A program made the translations under genes and the position numbers. Under the pieces are notes generated by a model, which was not told the origin of the DNA, ran no database searches, and saw only the letters and a list, made by a program, of their open reading frames with translations. Below are positions 44,182 through 53,413 of a stretch of DNA of 64,000 bases, piece after piece. Source of the stretch: Bigelowiella natans CCMP2755 (Eukaryota > Protista > Cercozoa); NCBI GenBank assembly GCA_000320545.1, contig ADNK01001083.1, positions 62,001-126,000 of the forward strand, read 5' to 3'. The number at the start of each line of letters is the position of its first letter. Positions within the stretch are counted from its first letter, which is position 1.

Positions 44182-45538
44182 TCATATACCCAGCACTACT
44201 ACCGTAATATCGTCGCTCTTCCCCCCTCTTATCTTCTTTTCATACTCCTTGCTCGCAGCGACGGCCCAAGGCGTAGGCGCGTTGGGATTTCGGCTGATTT
44301 GAGCCACATTTTCAATTAATTTATCGGCCAAGAGAGCTAAGGACTCCCGGCGCATTTCTTCATTTGTACTAGCGCTACGACTCGTAGTAGCATCAAATTC
44401 ATTTATCTTGGCCTCTTCTAAGCAACTTTGCAGCATTTCATCGGTGAGATTATCCCACAAACCATCACTCCCTGCGATGATGATGTCTCCAGGGCTGTTG
44501 TTGGAGTTTGGTGGGAAAGAGGGGGGGGGGGGGGGGAGAAGGCGAAAATCAGTGGTGTCGTTGTTCGTTTTACTGAATCTGACAGAAACGAATAGATACT
44601 GCACATCTGGTGCTGTGGAACATGAGAAAGCTGCAACTTAGTCGTACATCAGCTGAAGCTGGCAGGTCAGGGCCTCCTTTGGGACGCTATTGGCTTGAGG
44701 GTGGTGACCGACTTGTAAGGGACAATTAAAGCCTATTTGCTGTGACGGTAGCCGGAAATACAGCTCCTAACAGCAGCACAATCAAAACAGACAAGAATGT
44801 AAGTATTCTCCATTCCGCAGATGCCCAAGCAAGAACAAGGCGCGGAACTGCAAGAAAGCACTTGATGAGTCAGCCACAAATGCTACCCAAAATACTCAAA
44901 TAGACATGAGATTCTGTTCTTCTTTTCCCCCTACCCCACAGGGCATGGGAGTATCCATATTGAATGTATCAAAAGGGATAGTCGCCACTGAGTGATACCC
45001 CTCGTCGCAGCACGACAAAGACGGAATCCCCGATACTAACAGACGTCAATATGCCAGTCTCAAGATCGACAGCACCCGCAAGCACCTGAGAAGAGAGTAC
45101 GTACACACGAAAATGTCATCAGCAGGTAAATCGCGACGAATACGGAATGACGCATTCATTTCATATGCCATCTTGCGACTCGGTTTGTACAGAAAGTCGT
45201 CCATCTTTTCACGTACGATGATCTGGTTCCACATTGAGAGTTTTCCTGAATTTCATGCAACACCTTCACTGCTACTATCACGTTAGCACCGTGCAGCTGC
45301 CTTTATATCCCTTTTTAACGGTCCTTTGAACTGCGCCTTCTAAAGCTGCCTTCAACCTGTTTTCATATATTCCCAATGAATTACAGCATGAAAAGAGGTG
45401 GGTGGGGGGGGGGGGGGGGGGCTTCTCTCATATCGGCAACACTTGTTGATATGATGAGATTATGTAAAGAGCTATATCCTGCAATGAGGAGAGAAATATT
45501 CACAAACAGGAGTCGTCATGCTCGTCTGCGTCCTCGAG

Positions 45539-45572
<34 letters not shown>

Positions 45573-46664
45573 AGGATATGCTCACAGGGGGAACACCCTC
45601 TCAAAAAAGACATATCGGTCTGTTTCCTTCCGTCAATAACTCGAAGCATTTTGTGTCATGCGAATCACAGCTCATCGCTAGCTTCGCGGTGGAGATGGAA
45701 TAGCACAGTATTGACGGATATCGGATCACCTGTGTGGCTCGGAAGAGTTGTGTGCTAGAAGTCGGTCTAAGGCGTACGCTCCAAGCACCTAATAACGCCA
45801 TCGTGGTTGGTGATGACGATCAACCAAGGGAAAATTCTAGTAAAACCCAGAAAGAGCAGAACTATGCTATGCTATGCATGTGAAGGAGCCGTCATCCAAC
45901 GAGGATTCTACTAGGAATGATGACACTATCGCCCTTTTCATTCAAAACGAGGCTCTCTTCATTTCGTATTGCAGCAGCTATCTAGCAACGAGGCATGTCC
46001 AAAATGGCATCGTACGTGTGAGAAGCTGTAATGCCGTGGCGAGACTAGTGCTTCACGCCAAAGATCTACCCCATCAAGAACACCGAAGTAGGCCACTCCC
46101 TTGCTGCTACTGTCATTGCTTTTGTTGCTTCTAGGATATTCCTGGGATGAATCGACATTATTCGACTTTGGAACATCGATGGACGACGATTGCGAGAAAC
46201 ATGCACTGCTGCTACTACTGCTGCTGGCGCTCGCTTCTCGCAGGGGAATAGGACGGGGAAGAAACGTCGAGCCGTTAACCTGATGATGAAACCAAACACG
46301 TACGAATGTGTTACGCGTGCAATCATTGTGTGTCGTAATGGGGTCCATGACGATGAGCCTGCCTCCTCGTACACGTGCAGGTATGCATTATCAATCATCA
46401 ATGCAGCATCTATCCAACAAATGCTTGTTAAAAAAAATGATAATGCCGCCGCCTCTGCACTCGCAGCAGTGTGCAGTCCACAGCAACAACACCATCAAAT
46501 GTTCTCCGCAATGGTCTTCCTCGCTACCACCACCACCACCACCACCACCACCACTACTACTACTACTCCTACTACTATCTTTTAAAGTACCCGCGCCCAG
46601 AAATACACGTCGTCTCCGAAAAATCCCCCATTTTCCCCGATTTCCGAGACTTGAAAATCGCCAT
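44182..46664 (-). CDS. Protein phosphatase 2C, PTC7/PPTC7-like; 5' exons uncertain
   Basis: YFGVLDGV; KGSCT|VLAG...SVSIGDSVFVVLR; QQIGFNCPLQVG; PGDIIIAGSDGLWDNL; GGKSDDITVVV. The motif order is typical of PTC7. Confidence 0.88.
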
Positions 46665-47047
46665 TAGGGTTAGCACGGCCTCGAGCCTCTGCTACGACAC
46701 TTGCAGGCCAACTTCCATCCGAAAATGCCGATTTAGCCTAATGGAAATTTAAAAAAAAAAAGAGACGTATCAGAATACTGCTGTCTCTAACCCCTCCGAA
46801 AGCAGCAGCAAATCACGTGCTATATGCTCAACGATATGAATCATATACATCGTAGTCATTCGAGCTATTTTGTGATGTCCAGTGGTATACGAATTCTTGG
46901 TGTCTGGGTGTGTGTGTGTATGTGTGTGTGTGTGTGTGCGTGTGCGTCTTGGTTGGCGTTTTGCAAATATGATCCTTGAGGGTGTAAGTAATAAACCACT
47001 CGGGGTTTGACAAGGGGGACCGAAACCTCATCCTTGTGTGATTGATC

Positions 47048-48830
47048 TAGCTCGCAAATGTATCTGCTTTCTTCTTCTTACGTATTCTGACCTTCTCGTC
47101 GGAGGAAGGGGAATGTCTTATGAGAGACTTTGGAACTAACAGCTGTTGGCCAAAATGCCCGTGATCTACGCGCATTGCCCCAATTAGGGTTCCTGGGGGA
47201 CGCACGTATGGCGTGCCTCCGTAAATTGGTGATGGAAAGGTGGGAGAGGGGGGTATGATGACTGCAGACGGAAAACGTGTTAGGTTCGGCTTAAAGTTGT
47301 CAGGTGTGCGTTGTTTGCTCTTGGAACTGTCCTTGAATGTCGATCGCTCCTCCTTGGGAATTAAGTGTGAGAGGGGATTTCTTTGGAGGAGAGCCTACAC
47401 ACGAGTTTTATGGCAATTCTCACCGGTGGATGATCGTAGTTTGTAGCTATTATGCAGTTGTAGCATACACTGAAATCGATGCTTTTCGTTCACTCAAGGC
47501 TTCATTCACTGCAGGCGTTTATCAAAATCGACGGGTGCAACGTCCCCAGCTCATATGAAATACTTACTCCCCAGTGGGGATGTTACTACCTGCAGTTTCT
47601 TCTCTGCTGACCCAGGATCGATTCTCCGCATTTTACACTCTTGCCAACTGCCGTCGCATTCATGTGTGCGCAGAAGGTACTCCTGAAGCGGCCATACCCC
47701 TCCAGTATAACCCTCGAGGCTGACCTAGAGGTGTATGTAATTCGAACCACAGATGGAGGGGGGGGCATTCATAATAGCAGCCGGAGTAGTATTTTAGAAG
47801 TATGATCTCAAAGCGATGCATTGCTATTTCGGTGAATATCATTAGTTTGGGAAAGATCGAGTCTTCCCTATTAGATTTGTTCTTGCTGATAGTCTCTCAC
47901 CTTGCAGCCTTTGATGAGTGCATCGGGAGGTAGGTCGTTGAAATGTTCTTTTGACCAAGGATGCAAAGTATAATTACTACATGTGAAGCCTGACAACGTC
48001 ATTCTCGCTTTGCAAAAATTATTGTTTATTGCAGGTATTAACATCGTAAGTAAAACACGGATGTGCGTATGCGAGCGTAACACATACAGAGAGAGAGAGG
48101 GAAAGAGAGAGAGAGAGAGAGAGACGGAAGCACATTCAAACAAAACTAGAATCGTAATATCCACCTAGATTAAAGGTGAACGTATCATGACTGGGATGCA
48201 CTCGCGAGGAGACTGCGCCATGAGCGGTGTCGGGGTTAGCCTCGTTATCAGACTCCTCCCCAAGAACGACCGCTTGATCCGTGCTCATGCTCATTGTCCT
48301 ATCCTCATCCTCCTCCCCGGTAACGAGCTCCACATGCATTTTACATCCGGAGGGCATGCCGCCAGGCCCTGAAGAACGTTCATAATACTCATGCGCGGAT
48401 GCACGCGGCGCTGCGTCGGAAGTACAATCAATGAAATTAGCAATGCTAAAATAATACCTGGTGTTACGATTAAGCAGGCTTTCCTCAACCCTTGTGTTGC
48501 ACAGTCCGTGCTAAATCGCCGGCGGAGCAAGGAGACCACTCCGATCCTCATCATCCAGAAGAGAAGGTGGGCTCTCCTTCGGGGGGAGAGGAAGGAGGCA
48601 AGAAGACCGTCAGGAGGAAAATCAGAAATGAGGATACTGAACGATGTATTCCGCACATAATTTTGTCCAAAATTGGGATACCTCAAAAGTACAACGGAAA
48701 TTCACTTCTAGAATCCATGTATTTGCAACATGCCTGAAACTACCTACGAAAAAGTGAGGGAAATGACATTTTTTCCCTCAGTTTTTCGGTAATTTTTTGC
48801 CATTGTCTTTGGAGATTTGGGCGTTGGCAT
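47048..48830 (-). CDS. Hypothetical multi-exon protein, no recognisable domain
   Basis: Phase-compatible exons (GPGGMPSGCKMHVELVTGEEDED...FTFNL|ARMTLSGFTCSNYTLHPWSKEHFNDLPPDALIKGCK) are separated by a GT-AG intron containing a (CT)n repeat. Both ends are poorly defined. Confidence 0.35.
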
Positions 48831-49044
48831 CGTCTGGAGGACATGCGCTCGTGTCCAGGAACGAACAGGTTCTCTTCGTCTCTTCGGCAACGGATGAAAA
48901 GATTTGCAATGACATGTCATCATCTAGATTATGTGGGAAAATTACGATGTCGCATCCAATAAATGCCATCCAATTTGCATGTCATCATGAGATAAATGCT
49001 CTCCAATTTACACACCAAGTAGATCTAAGAAGCGCTGTGTCACA

Positions 49045-50047
49045 ATGTCGTCTGGCACCTTCCGCAACACCTTCGAAGCAATGCACAGCAACGACCTTCC
49101 CCATCTGAAGCGTTTGATTTCGGAAAACGCAAACATTGAGGAGTGCGGTTGTGACGGTGGGTAGCAGCCTCGGTATTGACATTGTCGTGGCAGTGGGGTG
49201 TTGGGTGATTCATGGCACATGCAGTGTTGGTGTTTGGTCAACGTTTAGTTGATGTTAGCAGCAGCAGCTGCGTAGCAGTAGTTGCAGTGGTAGTTGTTGT
49301 AGTAGTAGTAGAAAGTGACATTGACAATGGGCTTGGTGACACTGATGGTGGCAGAAACAGTGAGAAAAAGTGACTTTTCCTTGGATGTGGGTTGTGAATT
49401 GTCCAGCATTGGCAATGAATGCATGATGTTTTCTTCACAAATGAAAATGAGTCGCTTCGCATAGGTGTTGATGTGAGTTGTGACAGAACGAGTCATGCAC
49501 AACTCCAAGATGACATTTCGCCATTTGTTTGGAACATGACATCAATCATCGTCAATGTGCAAAGATGTGGTCATTTTGCTGCAAGGTGAAACTCCGTTGA
49601 TCGCTGGTTCCTGTGAGGGTCGTTTTGAGATCGTGAAGTACCTGGTTGACATGAAGGCAAACATTGAGGCGAGAGACAAACACGGTGGGTACCAATGCTA
49701 GCATTGAGATGCAGTTGTAGAAAATGTCACACAATTCATGACGATTTCAATGCAATGCATTGGGCAACACTGCGTTGGTTTGGGGTTCGAATGAGGGTCA
49801 TTTTGAGATCGTAAAGTACCTGGTTGACATGAAGGCAAATGTTGAGGTCAAAAACAGAAATGGTGAGACTCCCTATCACTTGGCAAGCGATGATGAACTC
49901 AAAATCTTCATCAAGCATTGTTGTGTTGAGCGACGGATCCAGGTTTTCAACAGAGACTTGAGGGATTTGTACTTCTTGAGCACGGAATTGAAGCGGGGGT
50001 TGGGGGCAGAAGTCGTCGCCATCAACTCGAAAAAGCGGAAGCGTTAG
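49045..50047 (+). pseudogene. Short ankyrin-repeat gene (3 exons), probably inactivated
   Basis: Exons 49045-49156 (MSSGTFRNTFEAMHSNDLPHLKRLISENANIEECGCD), 49586-49684 (GETPLIAGSCEGRFEIVKYLVDMKANIEARDKH) and 49764-50047 (GNTALVWGSNEGHFEIVKYLVDMKANVE...SKKRKR). The intron-2 acceptor reads TGG (49761-49763) where TAG is required. Confidence 0.75.
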
Positions 50048-50845
50048 GAGAGAGATCTTTCTTCTTCTTCTTCTTCTTTTTCTTCTTCTTCTTCTTGATG
50101 TTGTTGTTGCTCTTCTTCTTCCTCTCTTCCTACCATCATTGCGACGAATGTGAGCACTACGACTACATCCAGAAGCGCGTACTGTCATCACGATGGGGAG
50201 GTGACATTCGATGAATTGAGACATGGGACGCCTATCGTCGGGATCGACCACAATCAAACGCTTCACCTAGCGGTAGCAGCAGCAGCAGTGGTGGTGGTGC
50301 CATGATCATGCATGTGATGTTGATCAGATGATGATGGTTGGCGGGGGAGGGAGGCGGTTGTCATCATGAGCTCGAAAAAATGCACATGCAGGCGGAGCAG
50401 ATGCGCGCCATCACTAGCATCATGCACGCTCACTGCGTGTGCTGCAACCAAGCAAATGGAGACAATTTTGTTTGCTACACATGATTTTTGCCCGTGCAGC
50501 ATCGCAGTTGCAACACAAATGCAACTCTGTCTCTCCATGCAACTGTCTGCTACTAGCTGTGTCTGCATCTAGCTCTCACTAGTTGTGATGCAGAACTCAC
50601 CAGTGCATGATGCAGATGGAAACACATGCAACAAGCACGTAGTCGTTTCAAGACAACACATGCCTCCACATGCTAGCTGCAGCATGCGCATGCAATGATG
50701 GCACATGATGCTCATGCACGTGAAATGCACATGCAGATGTTGCAAAGGGACATCTCCACAGACACAAAACTAGACAAGTTGAGCTGCACGAGACCTTGGG
50801 TCCTTCCAAATCTTGTCGCAATCGCCATCTCACTGTTTCCCGTCT

Positions 50846-52266
50846 TCAAACATTCAACGAGGCTGTACATGTAGCTAATGTGATGCTGAAGATGATGTAA
50901 CCAACCACAGAGGCGACCTTAATTGAATCTGATTTTGTCATGTAGAACCCTGCAAAAGATATGCCACGAATTCCACGTAGATGCTCCAAGCGTTGCATCA
51001 AAAGAGTAGCCTCTAATTTTATTGGATCAATTTTTGTAGACACCTCACAATTGATAGCCCTCTCTTTGTGTTCTAAACTCACCAATTCTTTCCTATCCTG
51101 AATAACGATCCCCTCAGCACAATTTGCGATATGATTCTGTACTCCATCGAAAAAGTTGTCCATGTAGTAGCCGGGTACGAAGGATGTCACAACTACAACC
51201 ATGTAAGACACGATAGCGACGAACATCATCCAAGCCGAAAATGCTTTCATTGCCGATGGGATGACATCATTAGTGATGACAGCAAGAAATATGCCCATGT
51301 GGGCTGTACCTATGGTGACTGTGCACATGCAACGCGACTGGTGATTGAACATCCACTCATCTGAAATTTCGGAGCACGTTTCGAGCAATGATGGAAGAGT
51401 CTTTCCATTAGGAAGATTAATTGCATTGCGTGGTCGCTGACAGTAGCACTTATTTAAATGATGCTTTAACGCCTTTGACATTGCCCAATTTTGCCAGATC
51501 CATGTTCCGCAAAGGTGAAAAGTCTGTGCATGCTATGATGTTAGAGATTGAACAAATTAAATATCCGATAAAAGTAGTTTTTGGGTGCAAGTAAAGTGTT
51601 CTCCCCTGAAATCATACGAATTTTCTTAGGACCTGAATGAAGCTGTATGCCAGGCCAATGGAACCCACTGCGTACATTCAGAAGCTAAGTTCTTCGGTAA
51701 AAGTAACACAAAGGTTCATTCCAGGCCAAACAGTGAACAAGCCAATTGCGAGAAAGACCATGGATTTTTCTTGAATACGCAGAGGACGTTCAATTTCCTC
51801 AACACTTAGATTTGTGTTGTTTACTACCCAGTTTTGGAACGTCTGCAGCTTCTGTGTCTTAATTAGCCAGCTGCCGAAGTATGTGTTGCAGAAAAGTTGT
51901 ACAATTGGACTTACGAAGGTAAGTATGGCCCATATTTTAACCAAGAGTACATTTTCAACATCAACAATAACCGTAAAAGATCCAACTACACCGAAACAAG
52001 CCAAAGCAATAGCCACAGCAGGGAAAAGCAGGGCACATCGGGTCCTAGTGTCCCCAAGCAAGAAGGTTGCGGTCCATCTCGATCTGCACAAACTCCTACA
52101 AGATGAACCCAGCTTCTCTGAGTCCATCTCTCTCCCCTTTGCCTCACTGGTGTCTGCTTCGACCAGTAGCTGGTGCATTCTACAAGTACCCCATCCATCT
52201 AACAGTAGATGTTCAGAATGTCGACGTGCACGTTTCCGAAGGCCCCAATTGCATCGCCCTGTCCAT
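50846..52266 (-). pseudogene. Seven-TM gustatory-receptor-like (GRL / DUF3537-type 7TM ion-channel superfamily) gene with an in-frame TGA
   Basis: Seven hydrophobic segments are followed by a C-terminal LEHLRGIRGISFAGFYMTKSDSIKVASVVGYIIF, which resembles the TM7 signature of GR/GRL/DUF3537 proteins. An in-frame TGA at 51678-51680 lies inside an exon (ELSF*MYAVGSIGLAYSFIQ|gt). Confidence 0.6.
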
Positions 52267-52504
52267 CCCCCCCCAAATTAGCAACAGCTAGATGGGCGCA
52301 TTGATCAATTTCATTCACTCGCGTGATGATGCACGTTGTGATGAATGATGTCTGGCGATGCGATGCAAGTGTGTCTGGATGGCGCGTGCTGGCTAGCTGG
52401 GGCGTCGTGCGTGAAAACGTGATTTCACATTGCGTTGTCACTTGTCACGTCGTGCGCAGTCCGACGTGAACCAGGTGAAGGGTTCACCTTTGCAACATGG
52501 AGAG

Positions 52505-52586
52505 TGGCTCGTTAGCTCAACTGGTCAAGTGGCTCCACGCTAGCACGTGTTGTGGAGTCTTCGGTTCGTGCTGCGACTGAACGTCA
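52505..52586 (+). mobile_element. Degenerate tRNA-like sequence (tRNA-derived SINE head or tRNA pseudogene)
   Basis: A-box-like TAGCTCAACTGG, a perfect stem CTCCAC...GTGGAG at the anticodon-arm position, and B-box-like GGTTCG at tRNA-like spacing. The T- and acceptor stems are imperfect. Confidence 0.45.
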
Positions 52587-53413
52587 GCGATTGTTGACAG
52601 CTGGACCGTGCTCTGGTCAAGTCAGCAAGCTGACGGAGCCATGCTTGTGGCAAGCAAGGCGCGAGGATTTCGTGTGGGTGATGACGAACAACGATGGTGA
52701 CCAAACGATGCGAGGTGCTGATCGCTGCGTCTGGTCCAGTGGTCGTGGTGGTTCATGCCAGCATGTCTGGATGCCAGCATGGCCAGATGGCTGCCAGACT
52801 GGCTTCATCTGTGATGGACACAGCTAGACAGCAACACCATGCACACAACATCCGCCCCATTCTTGAAGACGGTTGTTCGCACACTGTGGACAAGCACTTG
52901 AGGTTCGTGGTCGCAAAACTCAATCCGGTGAGATTTGGGGGCAAACCACAGGAAGCACTTGGAAAATGCACGAGAAATCCGAAAGGTTGAAGCAATCATT
53001 GGCGATGAGTGAGGCGCACACTGCAGCTAGAATTCAAGATGTGGCGACGATGGCGCGATGCTCTGCTGCAGATTTTTGCCATGTCGTTTTCAACAAAGAC
53101 TGTTTTCACAGAAGACGTGTGACGTGCCTTTGATTTTCATCATGTCAATTGTGTCATTTCAGCAAATTAGTTCAGCAGTAGGTCGTTAGTAGGCAAATTT
53201 TCATGTTGCGCATTTTCGCAATTTTTCCTGCTGCCGATGGTGGGGAAATGAAATGTTGGGCATGTGAGCATGGTTCATGCTCAGCAGCACCTGTTGCATC
53301 TGCGGCGATCATGCTAGCCAAGCTTTTAAATGACCATTCAATAATATCTTTTGCATTATTAGGGAAGGTTAGTTAATTTGTTATAATTGGAACAGGCCCT
53401 GTCAAAGGAAAAC

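Noticed and set aside
46664-46673. TTAGGGTTAG telomere-like word
   Set aside because: Fewer than two units and no array. It is expected by chance, or is at most a promoter telo-box that I cannot support.
49586-49870. Two ~100-bp similar segments as a CRISPR-like or mobile repeat
   Set aside because: They are consecutive ankyrin-repeat exons. No CRISPR array, transposase, integrase or reverse-transcriptase motif was seen anywhere in the window.
51678-51680. In-frame TGA as evidence for an alternative genetic code or selenocysteine
   Set aside because: Other genes here end in TGA (7452, 27730) and use TGG for Trp. A nonsense mutation in a decaying gene is the simpler explanation.
52552-53133. 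Overlapping ORFs on both strands in the TA-poor tracts (also 50263-50833 and 60000-61300)
   Set aside because: Loss of TAA/TAG stops opens frames artefactually. The products are Tyr-poor, His/Cys/Met-rich and have no recognisable domains.
52300-53330. Classical RIP, CpG-methylation decay, GC-biased conversion or ADAR-edited retrocopy as the cause of the odd composition
   Set aside because: RIP would raise TpA. CpG is retained. A/T runs persist, so it is not a general GC bias. Both CA and TG products occur and TAG, the ADAR-preferred context, is the one spared.
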